A stretch of DNA of 64,000 bases, from NCBI GenBank assembly GCA_947364715.1, contig CANAUI010000003.1:13-64012 (forward strand), given 5' to 3'. The notes beneath the pieces were generated by a model, which saw only the letters and a list, made by a program, of their open reading frames with translations, made no database searches and was not told the origin of the DNA. Position numbers and translations under genes: made by a program. This document shows positions 53,557 through 63,252 of the stretch, one piece after another (the stretch's first letter is position 1; each line of letters starts with the position of its first letter). This DNA is from an uncultured Clostridium sp. (GTDB lineage Bacteria > Bacillota > Clostridia > TANB77 > CAG-508).

Positions 53557-54787
53557 AGCTTACTTCTTTAGATTGTTTTAGCATCAAATCTCCAAATATA
53601 GCATAACCTTCTGTAGGTGAATTTACCAGAACATGAGTAATAGCTCCTATAAATTTTCCATTTTGTATAATAGGTGACCCACTCATTCCTTGAATAATTC
53701 CTCCTGTTTTTTCTATTAATTCTTCATCTGTTATTTTTATTTCCATACTTTTGTTATTATAATTATTATCCTTATATATTTTGGTTATTTCTATTTCATA
53801 TTCTTTTACAGCTTGATTATTTAAACTACACAAAATCTTTGCCTTTCCTATTTTTATTTCTTCTCTCATTGCAACTTCCATTTTTTTACTTGTATCAATA
53901 TTTAGACTAGATAAATCTTGCATTTTACCATATATCCCAAATTGTGTATTTTTTATAATTTTGCCTATTGTTTCTTGTTCTTCTACTGTTCCTTGTATTT
54001 TTCCAGGATTACCATTTTCTCCTTTTTTTATATTTAATATTTTTGCTGTTACAAATTCTCCTGATGCAATATTTATTAAATCTCCTGTATCAATATCTGT
54101 TATTCCATGTCCTAAAGCTCCAAAACTTTGTGTAGCTGGCTCATAAAAAGTAACTGTACCCACTCCTGCTGCACTATCTCTTACCCATAAACCTAATTTA
54201 TATTCCTCTTCATTTGTTTTTATAGGTGTTATACTACATTGTTTAGTTTCTTCCTCATGTATATATTGAATTTGTATTTTCTTTCCATTTGACATATTTA
54301 CCTTTTCTATTAAATCATCTGTTGAACTAATAAAATTATTGTTAATCTTAACAATTGTATCTCCCTCTTCTATCCCTGTATTTTCATATGGTTTATATGT
54401 TTTACTATCTTCTCCTTCTATTTCAGACATTCCTACAACTAAAACACCATTTGTATATAATTTAACACCTGCAATGTTTCCAACTGGAATAACTGTCGTT
54501 TTTGGAATAACAGAGACATCTACACTTTTTATAAATAATTTATCAAATAAGCTAACAGATAAAGTTTCACTTCCAATCTTATTAATGGTTTTTTCTCCTG
54601 AATTTGCTGAAACTTCTAAAACTTCATCTTTCGATTGTAATGTAATGCCAAAAATAGTTTTTAATGACAAATTTTCTCCTTCAAATATTGTAATTTTATC
54701 TGGTATATAATGAATCACTAATACATAAATATATAAGACAAACAAAAAAACTAATAATATTACTTGTCCTAAAATCTTTTTATACAT
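53555..54787 (-). CDS. spoIVB: SpoIVB signalling serine peptidase (S55)
   Basis: N-terminal TM helix, PDZ domain, GMSGSPII catalytic-serine motif. Confidence 0.9.
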   Translation of the reverse strand: MYKKILGQVILLVFLFVLYIYVLVIHYIPDKITIFEGENLSLKTIFGITLQSKDEVLEVSANSGEKTINKIGSETLSVSLFDKLFIKSVDVSVIPKTTVIPVGNIAGVKLYTNGVLVVGMSEIEGEDSKTYKPYENTGIEEGDTIVKINNNFISSTDDLIEKVNMSNGKKIQIQYIHEEETKQCSITPIKTNEEEYKLGLWVRDSAAGVGTVTFYEPATQSFGALGHGITDIDTGDLINIASGEFVTAKILNIKKGENGNPGKIQGTVEEQETIGKIIKNTQFGIYGKMQDLSSLNIDTSKKMEVAMREEIKIGKAKILCSLNNQAVKEYEIEITKIYKDNNYNNKSMEIKITDEELIEKTGGIIQGMSGSPIIQNGKFIGAITHVLVNSPTEGYAIFGDLMLKQSKEVS

Positions 54788-54854
54788 ACATTTCTCCTAT
54801 TTTAGATTTTATAATATTATTAGCTTTTTTTATTTTTTTATACATTTTTAACAT

Positions 54855-56489
54855 TTATGTTTTAAATTGATTTATATGCTGTTCTGGATTTCTAAATACT
54901 TTATATGTACTATATCTCTCTCTTCCTAAAGCTGTATAATATAATTTAACTAATTCTCCATAACCATAGGCTGTACATTTGTCTAAATATTTATATATAC
55001 TATCAAATGAATTTTCCACATTAGTTTGTGCTATATAACATGTGTAACATCCTAAATTATAATGAGGATAAAAATATTTAGTTTTTTGTGATACAGTATC
55101 TTGTATAGATTTTCTTTCCAAATCCATATTAAATATACCTTTTGATTTTGTTTCATCTATCATATCTTGTAATCCTTTATGTGTAATTCTATGATATTCA
55201 CTATTTGGATTATTAATATCTTGTACTATATAAATAGAATCTTCTGTTACAACTTCTTCATTTTTATTATTATTAATAACAGAATATCCATTATATATTT
55301 TACCACCAATACTTAATCCTTGTAAAAAACTAATTAGACAAACATTATCTAAAATTCTTCCCCAATCTTCTTCTTCTAATTTTGGCATCCTAAATTCATA
55401 TATTCCATTATTATAATTTGCCAATGCAATAGATAAATTTTTTTCAATCACATAACGAATAACTGCCATTCTATGATTATTAAAGTTTGAATTTGGCTCT
55501 TCTATTTTATAAAAATCAAATATACTATAATCACTATCTAAAAAACTATATACAATATCTCCATCAGCATTTTTAATATCTTCTACTCCTACAGCATCTG
55601 AAGTTTCTAAATCTGTAAGACCATAGCTTCTTAATCTTTCCTTAAATTCAAATGCTTCTTTATAATAACGATATCCCATATCATTATAATCTTTATTTTC
55701 AAATTGTGTTGCTATTGTATTTTTCCTTCCATTTGTTATTGTAAACCATGTATTTGTATCATTATTTTCTCTATAATATTTTACACCATTTATTTTAATA
55801 TATGTATATTCCACATTACCTATATACTCTTTTAATTGTGTTTCTGGAGTTATTCTAACACCTCTATATGTTATTTCTTTTGATATCTTACTATATCTCA
55901 AAGTATCATCTAATAAATACCCTGCATCATTAATTCCTTTTCCATTTTTGTCATATCCTTGTATAGTTATATAATTGTCTAAAGAATATGTAATTGTAAC
56001 ATCTATTTCTCCTCTTTTATATCTACAACTATAATATATATATGGTTTTAGACCTATTACTTCTTCTCCTCCTGTATAAGTTGCATTAGGTGGTAATTTA
56101 CTTCTTGTTTCCTCATCTAATGTGTTTTCAAATGGTGAATATATATATAAACCATCATATAATGTAAATACTAGTGCTGGCACATATTTCTTTAAATTAT
56201 CACTATTATATCCTGCCATATTAAAATTATTGGCTATTGACATAAAAAAACTATTAGCTCCTGCTTCTATATCTCTAATTTTTGAATTTACAATATCTGA
56301 TGTACTACTATTTATAGCATTTAACTGAAATGCTTTTATTGCATCATAAGTTGAATTATCTAATTTTGTGTCATATGATATTTGTAAATTTAATGTATCC
56401 AATTGTGCTCCAATATATGCTGAAAAAACTAATGATATTGGTAACATTATAATTACAAAAACAACGGCTAAATATTGATATTTCATCAT
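54855..56489 (-). CDS. large protein of the Tad-like locus with N-terminal hydrophobic helix
   Basis: 544 aa, last gene of the co-directional cluster; no family recognised. Confidence 0.65.
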   Translation of the reverse strand: MMKYQYLAVVFVIIMLPISLVFSAYIGAQLDTLNLQISYDTKLDNSTYDAIKAFQLNAINSSTSDIVNSKIRDIEAGANSFFMSIANNFNMAGYNSDNLKKYVPALVFTLYDGLYIYSPFENTLDEETRSKLPPNATYTGGEEVIGLKPYIYYSCRYKRGEIDVTITYSLDNYITIQGYDKNGKGINDAGYLLDDTLRYSKISKEITYRGVRITPETQLKEYIGNVEYTYIKINGVKYYRENNDTNTWFTITNGRKNTIATQFENKDYNDMGYRYYKEAFEFKERLRSYGLTDLETSDAVGVEDIKNADGDIVYSFLDSDYSIFDFYKIEEPNSNFNNHRMAVIRYVIEKNLSIALANYNNGIYEFRMPKLEEEDWGRILDNVCLISFLQGLSIGGKIYNGYSVINNNKNEEVVTEDSIYIVQDINNPNSEYHRITHKGLQDMIDETKSKGIFNMDLERKSIQDTVSQKTKYFYPHYNLGCYTCYIAQTNVENSFDSIYKYLDKCTAYGYGELVKLYYTALGRERYSTYKVFRNPEQHINQFKT

Positions 56490-56522
56490 AATTATATCTT
56501 TCCTTTGTATTTTTATTTTTTA

Positions 56523-56552
56523 ATAGCCTGTAATTCTTTGATTACAGGCTAT
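56523..56552 (-). promoter_or_regulatory. intra-operon perfect 12-bp stem-loop without a U-tract
   Basis: ATAGCCTGTAAT-N6-ATTACAGGCTAT, between 56618..57157 and 54855..56489. Confidence 0.5.
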
Positions 56553-56617
56553 AATTAAAAGTGAAAATAAATTACTAAGATTTTTATTTTTATATTAAAC
56601 AATACAAAACTACAATT

Positions 56618-57157
56618 TTAATTTCCACTTCCATTTGCTGTTACATAACCACCATGTTCTGCAGCTATTGTATATGTATCATTTCCAGCTACTGTATAAA
56701 AGAAATTTTTCAATTGTTGTGATAAAGTTATATTTGTATTTTTTACACTTGTTAAAAACATGTCCCCTTCTTTTAATGCAAGTACTTTATTAGTTCCCTT
56801 ACCAGAAGACAATGTATCTAAAATTTGTGATGTATACATTGAATAATACACATTTTCACCTATTTTAGTAGGATTTGCTTGTGTTGTTTTTTTAGCTGGA
56901 TTTTCATCTAATACCTTTACTTCCATTTCTATATTATATGAATTTCCAGTTGCTGCAATTTCTTGTTCAAAAGCTGCATAATCATCTATTGATAATCTTC
57001 CTGTTGTTCTTACATTATCTACAAATTCTGTTGTTGCAGTTTTTACAGTTAATTGTGATATATCATCACTTCTATCTGACATTGACATTAATGGAAAAAC
57101 AAACATCAAAACAGCTGCTAATCCAATTGCAATAATTGTCATAAATGAATCTCCCAT
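56618..57157 (-). CDS. pilin-like protein (short N-terminus plus hydrophobic helix)
   Basis: MGDSFMTIIAIGLAAVLMFVF...; 179 aa. Confidence 0.6.
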   Translation of the reverse strand: MGDSFMTIIAIGLAAVLMFVFPLMSMSDRSDDISQLTVKTATTEFVDNVRTTGRLSIDDYAAFEQEIAATGNSYNIEMEVKVLDENPAKKTTQANPTKIGENVYYSMYTSQILDTLSSGKGTNKVLALKEGDMFLTSVKNTNITLSQQLKNFFYTVAGNDTYTIAAEHGGYVTANGSGN

Positions 57158-57201
57158 ATCATTTCTCCTCCTTATAATACCATTATTATATTGTACATAT
57201 T

Positions 57202-57885
57202 TTATTGCCTATAATATGATATAACTCTTTTTTTTGTTTTATTGACATCTGGTGTTTTTGAATCTTCATATTCATCACTAATATCTGTGTCTGAATCAAT
57301 TGTTGTTAAATCATCTTGATAATATACTCCATATTTTTCTTCAAAAACATAGTCTACTCCACTACTACTTAATATTGTATCATAAATCCCCTCTTCTTTC
57401 AAGGTTATTCCTGAATTATTCACTTGTAACTCATTTTTAAACTCATCAAAACTTTTTGATGATGTTCCATCTGCATTTTTTAGTGTTCCTTTTTTACCAT
57501 ATAATAATGCCATTATAAAATTATCTTGTTGTATATTATTTCCTATAACTTCCCTGTCTAAGTCTATATAATTTACTTCTACAGTTACTCCTTTTTCTAT
57601 TTTAGTATATAAAACAATTGGTGTTCCATTTTTTTCATAAAATTGAACTCTATAGTTTTCTTTAAAAGCTCTATATATTGTTGGTATAATACTTTCTTTT
57701 CCAACCATTCTTGTTTTTGTTGTTAAATTTTCTACATATTGTGTTACACTTTCTCTGTCTGTATATCTAATTAATATGTCAGCAGTTTCTCTTGCTTGAG
57801 AAAAAGATGATATACTAATTCCCAATGCTGTTACAAAAACTAAAACTGCTGCTGCCATTTTTAGTGCATCTACTGCATTTTCCAT
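57202..57885 (-). CDS. pilin-like protein (MENAVDAL N-terminus)
   Basis: 227 aa; shares the M-E-N-A-x-x-A-L plus hydrophobic-helix N-terminus. Confidence 0.6.
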   Translation of the reverse strand: MENAVDALKMAAAVLVFVTALGISISSFSQARETADILIRYTDRESVTQYVENLTTKTRMVGKESIIPTIYRAFKENYRVQFYEKNGTPIVLYTKIEKGVTVEVNYIDLDREVIGNNIQQDNFIMALLYGKKGTLKNADGTSSKSFDEFKNELQVNNSGITLKEEGIYDTILSSSGVDYVFEEKYGVYYQDDLTTIDSDTDISDEYEDSKTPDVNKTKKRVISYYRQ

Positions 57886-57933
57886 AGTATATCATCCTTT
57901 CTTTTATAATTTTCTAGTTATTTTTATTTATTA

Positions 57934-58344
57934 CTATTTTTTTGTAATAGTAATTGTGTCTACTAAACCTGCATTTGCTGACCCACTAGTTCCATATCCT
58001 ATACTTACTGTATATGTTCCTGATGTTGTTATGTCTTCAATTGGTGCACTTGCATCATTCTTGTTCATAGTAACAGCTCCTGCAACAGAAACTTTTCTAC
58101 TATCATCATCTTGTGTCATATTATTTGATAATATTTCTTGTAATAATGCTCTTACATTGTTTCCTGATTGTTTTCCTTGATATTGTGTAAATTTTGAGTT
58201 GAATTGTGTTATTTCAACATCACTCATTGAATTACTGTTTACAACTCCTGATGCTTGATTATAAATTACGATTCCTAATGATATAATTAAAATTGCTAAT
58301 AATATAGCTCCTGCTATAATTAATGCTTTTGATGCATTCTCCAT
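57934..58344 (-). CDS. putative major filament subunit, tandem copy 1
   Basis: 136 aa; MENASKALIIAGAILLAILIISLG followed by QFNSKFTQYQGK motif; GGAGGAA SD. Confidence 0.65.
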   Translation of the reverse strand: MENASKALIIAGAILLAILIISLGIVIYNQASGVVNSNSMSDVEITQFNSKFTQYQGKQSGNNVRALLQEILSNNMTQDDDSRKVSVAGAVTMNKNDASAPIEDITTSGTYTVSIGYGTSGSANAGLVDTITITKK

Positions 58345-58816
58345 ACTAAATTCCTCCTTTTATATAAATCTATTATATAAATCTATATTTTATATTTATC
58401 TATTACTGTTTCTTTGTAATAGTAATTGTATCTACTAAACCTGCATTTGCTGACCCACTAGTTCCATATCCTATACTTACTGTATATGTTCCTGATGTTG
58501 TTATGTCTTCAATTGGTGCACTTGCATCATTCTTGTTCATAGTAACAGCTCCTGCAACAGAAACTTTTCTACTATCATCATCTTGTGTCATATTATTTGA
58601 TAATATTTCTTGTAATAATGCTCTTACATTGTTTCCTGATTGTTTTCCTTGATATTGTGTAAATTTTGAGTTGAATTGTGTTATTTCAACATCACTCATT
58701 GAATTACTGTTTACAACTCCTGATGCTTGATTATAAATTACGATTCCTAATGATATAATTAAAATTGCTAATAATATAGCTCCTGCTATAATTAATGCTT
58801 TTGATGCATTCTCCAT
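57960..58816. repeat. 472-bp-period tandem duplication (two nucleotide-identical subunit genes)
   Basis: 57960-58344 reads identical to 58432-58816. Confidence 0.85.
58403..58816 (-). CDS. putative major filament subunit, tandem copy 2
   Basis: 137 aa, identical to copy 1 except for one extra C-terminal Gln. Confidence 0.65.
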   Translation of the reverse strand: MENASKALIIAGAILLAILIISLGIVIYNQASGVVNSNSMSDVEITQFNSKFTQYQGKQSGNNVRALLQEILSNNMTQDDDSRKVSVAGAVTMNKNDASAPIEDITTSGTYTVSIGYGTSGSANAGLVDTITITKKQ

Positions 58817-58855
58817 ATTAAATTCCTCCTTTTATTTTTATGTGCTTTTTAAGGT

Positions 58856-59314
58856 CTACTTATTTGTATTACCATAACCTGAACCATTACCAATACCAAC
58901 ATTGCTCTTTCTTACTATTTTAATTTCAGTTACTAAACCAGCATTTGCTGAACCACTAGTTCCATATATTATACTTACTGTATATGTTTCGCCAGTTGAT
59001 ATACCAGCTAATGGTGCACTTGTGGCATTCTTGTCCATCTCAACAGACCCTGTAACAGAAACTTTTCTGTCATCATCATCTTGTGTAATATTGTTTGATA
59101 ATACATTTTGTAATAAAGCTCTTACAGTAGTTCCTTGTTGATTTCCTTGATATTGTGTAAATTTTGCATTAAATTGTGTAATTTCAATATCACTCATTGA
59201 ATTGCTATTTACCATTCCTGCTGCTTGATTATAAATTACAATTCCTAATGATATAATTAAAATTGCTAATAATATAGCTCCTGCTATAATTAATGCTTTT
59301 GATGCATTTTCTAT
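58856..59314 (-). CDS. diverged third subunit paralog, full frame open from an ATA codon in the ATG position
   Basis: the frame upstream of ATG 59215 encodes (I)ENASKALIIAGAILLAILIISLGIVIYNQAAG with the same SD spacing as copies 1 and 2. Confidence 0.5.
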   Translation of the reverse strand: MENASKALIIAGAILLAILIISLGIVIYNQAAGMVNSNSMSDIEITQFNAKFTQYQGNQQGTTVRALLQNVLSNNITQDDDDRKVSVTGSVEMDKNATSAPLAGISTGETYTVSIIYGTSGSANAGLVTEIKIVRKSNVGIGNGSGYGNTNK

Positions 59315-59389
59315 ATTAAATTCCTCCCTTCATATTCAAATATATATTTATTAACTAAATTTCTTTAGTAACATTATTAACAAATTCTT

Positions 59390-59821
59390 TTAACTAGCTA
59401 CTTGTTCAAAATACATATAGCTAACTCTTCCTGTTTTACTATGATGTTCTATTTTTGTACATTTAAATCTTATTTGATTATAATATTGCATAAATGTACT
59501 AGTTCCACTATTATAAATTTCTTCCATAGAATGTACCTCATTATCATCTGTAAATAAAATGTCAATCCTAATAGAATTTGTATTGTTATTTATATATAAT
59601 TTTGTGGATTCTTTTTCTACATTATTTTTTATATTATCATCTACTGCTTTATTGATTAATGTCGCCAAATCTGTACCAAATATTTCTTTTCCTTTATAAC
59701 TTTCATATTGTTGATTTTCTACTTTTGCTTTATTATAAGTAATTTTATAATTTAAGTACATATATCCTACTGTAGCAACGATGATTAATACAATTACTAA
59801 AAATATAATTATTTTTTTCAT
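59390..59821 (-). CDS. membrane-anchored paralog of the subunit family
   Basis: 143 aa; MKKIIIFLVIV helix, then ENQQYESYKGKEIFGTDLATLINKA resembling the family motif. Confidence 0.55.
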   Translation of the reverse strand: MKKIIIFLVIVLIIVATVGYMYLNYKITYNKAKVENQQYESYKGKEIFGTDLATLINKAVDDNIKNNVEKESTKLYINNNTNSIRIDILFTDDNEVHSMEEIYNSGTSTFMQYYNQIRFKCTKIEHHSKTGRVSYMYFEQVAS

Positions 59822-59836
59822 ATTTCACCTTTCAGC

Positions 59837-60349
59837 TTATTCTATTTTATTACATATAACTTTATATACCCTTTTTGTAACTTCACTTATATAAACTTGT
59901 ACATCATATTTAGGTAATCCATTTTCTCCTACTAAATTTAAGTCTTTTGTAACTATTTTATTAAAATGTGTTTCTATTTTACTATTTCTTTCTTCTGCAG
60001 TTTGATTAGAAATATATCCTAGTTCAATTGAGGTTTTATCAAGAATTACAGCTATATATCTATCATTTCCTATAATATATTTTATATCTCTATGAACAAA
60101 TTCATAATTTTGGTTATTTTGTGTTGCTAATTTTGCCATAGAAACCACATCATAAATTGTTACATTATCTTTTCCTACATAGGATGTAAACTGACTGTTA
60201 AATTGTGTTGCTTGATTTTCCTCAATATTATTATGTATTTCGCTAGAAGTTCCTCCAAAATTCGAAAATAATAATACAGCTAATGAAACAATCATAATTC
60301 CTATTAGTACTCCTCCTGCCATTAATAAAGCTTTTGATGCATTTTCCAT
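59837..60349 (-). CDS. pilin-like protein (MENASKAL N-terminus)
   Basis: 170 aa; QATQFNSQFTSYVGK motif. Confidence 0.6.
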   Translation of the reverse strand: MENASKALLMAGGVLIGIMIVSLAVLLFSNFGGTSSEIHNNIEENQATQFNSQFTSYVGKDNVTIYDVVSMAKLATQNNQNYEFVHRDIKYIIGNDRYIAVILDKTSIELGYISNQTAEERNSKIETHFNKIVTKDLNLVGENGLPKYDVQVYISEVTKRVYKVICNKIE

Positions 60350-60350
60350 A

Positions 60351-61115
60351 TCAAACTCCTATTCCAGTACACTTAAATTCCATCTTAAGAATTCTACCTG
60401 TATCTTTATCATATTCAGGCTTTCCTACACAATCAAAATATGCTCTTTTAAATTGTATATATTCATAATATTTTAAAGCATCCTGATAAATTTTATTAAC
60501 TCCTCCATAACTATCAGCTGAATTTGGTAGAATTTTTTCTTCATCAAATGCCTTATTTTTTTCAGTTATAGTTTTATAAATTCTACTTTCTGCAATAGTT
60601 TGAATATTAGAAATTTCAGATGCAAGTTGATTACAATATTTTTGTTGATACTTATTTTCAATTTTTCGTATTTCATTATTAGAAATTTCGCCATTAACCA
60701 TTCCTGAATTATTAATAGTATTTAATGTAGGTTGTCCTATAATTAGATAAATATCATCTTGTGTATATTCATCTAATCTTACTATCCTATTAACATTATC
60801 AAAAGCTAATTCTTTTTTATGTCCATTCATATTAATTGTAATATTCATTTTTAAAAAGCCTTTTTCCTTTGCATGTCTTGTATTATAATCTAATACTTTG
60901 TTCATCAGTGATATCATATCACTTCCCCTTATGTCTTTTCTTTCATATGTAGTATATTGATTATTAAATTCAGCTATTTGAGAACTTAAATTTGATTTAT
61001 AAGAAGTTTCTTGATAATTTTTCAAATTACTCATCATTAGAATAAAGGCAGAAACTATAACTATTGCAATTAATACACTTGCTGCCATAATTAATGCTTT
61101 TGATGCATTTCCCAT
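60351..61115 (-). CDS. pilin-like protein (MGNASKAL N-terminus)
   Basis: 254 aa; QIAEFNNQYTTYERK motif. Confidence 0.6.
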   Translation of the reverse strand: MGNASKALIMAASVLIAIVIVSAFILMMSNLKNYQETSYKSNLSSQIAEFNNQYTTYERKDIRGSDMISLMNKVLDYNTRHAKEKGFLKMNITINMNGHKKELAFDNVNRIVRLDEYTQDDIYLIIGQPTLNTINNSGMVNGEISNNEIRKIENKYQQKYCNQLASEISNIQTIAESRIYKTITEKNKAFDEEKILPNSADSYGGVNKIYQDALKYYEYIQFKRAYFDCVGKPEYDKDTGRILKMEFKCTGIGV

Positions 61116-61144
61116 AAGATATTTCCTCCTTTATCTAATTTTTT

Positions 61145-61978
61145 TTAAGTTTGTGTAGTCATTGTGTTAAATGAAGTTGACATACCTGTCAATCCTATAA
61201 ATACTAATGGTACAATTAGATATCCAACAAACATACATACCATTGGTGCAAATCCAATTGCCTTTCCAATCATACCCTTTCTTTTGATTAATCTCTCGTT
61301 TGATTCTTTTCTTTTTTCTTGGTAATAATCTCTTTCTGATTCTAATTCATCAAACGCATCTTTAATTGGTATTTTTTCTACTGCTGCTTGCATACTTTCT
61401 ACAATTCTAATAAGTGGCATGTAACTGATTTCTTCTTTCATTTCTTCTAATGCTTCCCATGCTCCAGCTTCATAGTTATTTAAACATTTTCCAATTGGTT
61501 CTTTAAATATATTTGCATATCTTTCTAACCATTCTAACATCATCTCAACATTAACTCTTTCAATTTTCATAAGCATTAAGATGATTGTTTGGAATTGCAT
61601 TACTTCATCTTCCATTTCAATTTGCCTCATTTTTGTTTGGAATATTAACATCCATATTGGTGACATATATCCCAAAATTGCAAATACAAAAGATAGCAAT
61701 ACTTCAAACCATTTTAAATATTCACTATTAACAATTTGAATTTTATCAAAAATTCTTTTTGCTACCTGTTGCATCCCTTTATCATCATGTTGTTCATAAA
61801 AATCTGTTCTTTCTACAACAATTTGAACTTGTTGTACAGTTACATTTAAATCTCCTTTAAATTGGTCTATAATTTTATTGTCTTGTTCTGTTAATTCCAT
61901 TGCTGTTGCCCTATCTTTTTCTGTCATCTCACCGCAGAATATCATAAGTTGTTGTTGGCTCTGTATATACATAGTCAA
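61145..61978 (-). CDS. TadC/TadB-like platform protein (T2SS-F domain)
   Basis: cytoplasmic helical domain (EDEVMQFQTIILML...PLIRIVESMQAA) between TM segments; the true start may be internal. Confidence 0.65.
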   Translation of the reverse strand: MTMYIQSQQQLMIFCGEMTEKDRATAMELTEQDNKIIDQFKGDLNVTVQQVQIVVERTDFYEQHDDKGMQQVAKRIFDKIQIVNSEYLKWFEVLLSFVFAILGYMSPIWMLIFQTKMRQIEMEDEVMQFQTIILMLMKIERVNVEMMLEWLERYANIFKEPIGKCLNNYEAGAWEALEEMKEEISYMPLIRIVESMQAAVEKIPIKDAFDELESERDYYQEKRKESNERLIKRKGMIGKAIGFAPMVCMFVGYLIVPLVFIGLTGMSTSFNTMTTQT

Positions 61979-63221
61979 TTGCTAATTGATGTAAATAAAC
62001 AAATATAATTAGTGATACAATACATGTAACAATTGCAAGAGTTATTCTATTAATATATAACCATTCCATTCTTAAATGTGATGCTGAATCTTTTAGCAAT
62101 TGTTTAACTTTTCTATGGTCTTTTGTTCCCTCTTTTGGAATAAACATATCTACAATCTTTTTTACAAATTGGTTTTTATATAATTTTTGTTGCCATGGAT
62201 TTTCTGTATTTTTTGTATTCATTCCTGTTGAACCATTATCTTTTAATCTTCTAACTAATATATAAGATATAATAGTTAAAATCAATATTAAGATTTGAAC
62301 AATCATTCCTGGTTTTCCATTATACCAACTTTCTGTAAAAGAAAAGTTTTTTGCTGACCAATTTTTTAGTGGTTCTAGTAATAATATTGGTGCAATAGAA
62401 ATTAATGGTAAACTTTGGAATACATAATTCAATTTATCTCTTTTTAAGATTTCTAACTGCATTTCTTTTGTAATATTGTTAACATTTTTTAAAAATAATG
62501 ATGCACCATTTATTTTTCTATCACCAAATTCTTTTGTTAAATAAGATATACCTGCAAATTCTTTTAAAAATACATTTGGTGCAATATCATAATATTTTTC
62601 TAGTCCCATTTCTGGGTCATCTGAAATCAAGATTTCATAAATTTTTTCACCTTGTCTTGATATATCCATCTCATCATCTTGTGATACTTGATATATTGCT
62701 TCTTCTACCATGTTAAATTCATGATAAGCATGTCTAATTTCTGAGAAAAAATCTAATTGTTCTTTTAATAAGTTTGTATCTTTTTTATCAATAGACCCAT
62801 CAATTAATGTATCTACCATAAATAATTCAAATATCAATAAAATAAACATTAATAAATAATTACTTTTGGTTATAATAATTGTTAATATGGCTGCTGGAAT
62901 TACTATTGCAAGTGCCCTAGTTAATATTTTTGCTGAATCTTTTCTTGTGTTATATTCATCATCTATATTAATAATTTCTAATCTTCGCCTTAATTTTAAT
63001 ATGTATCTATTTAAAAATGGTATTCGTATATAAGTAATATATAGTCTTTGATATAATATTTCTGAAGAAAAGCTTTTTTCCTTTGTACCTTGCTGTAATT
63101 TTTTAATTTGCATATATTCGGATTTTTGCATTTTCTTAGACAATATATAATATGCTAATACAATTATTACTAATATAGCTACTGACCCACCCATTATGTA
63201 AAAAACAACTTGGTTAGACAC
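61929..63221 (-). CDS. polytopic membrane protein, probable second TadB/TadC-like platform component
   Basis: 430 aa with TM helices flanking a large cytoplasmic helical domain; position between the ATPase and the T2SS-F protein. Confidence 0.5.
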   Translation of the reverse strand: MSNQVVFYIMGGSVAILVIIVLAYYILSKKMQKSEYMQIKKLQQGTKEKSFSSEILYQRLYITYIRIPFLNRYILKLRRRLEIINIDDEYNTRKDSAKILTRALAIVIPAAILTIIITKSNYLLMFILLIFELFMVDTLIDGSIDKKDTNLLKEQLDFFSEIRHAYHEFNMVEEAIYQVSQDDEMDISRQGEKIYEILISDDPEMGLEKYYDIAPNVFLKEFAGISYLTKEFGDRKINGASLFLKNVNNITKEMQLEILKRDKLNYVFQSLPLISIAPILLLEPLKNWSAKNFSFTESWYNGKPGMIVQILILILTIISYILVRRLKDNGSTGMNTKNTENPWQQKLYKNQFVKKIVDMFIPKEGTKDHRKVKQLLKDSASHLRMEWLYINRITLAIVTCIVSLIIFVYLHQLAIDYVYTEPTTTYDILR

Positions 63222-63252
63222 TTAGCATAGCACCTCCTTCTATTATTATATT

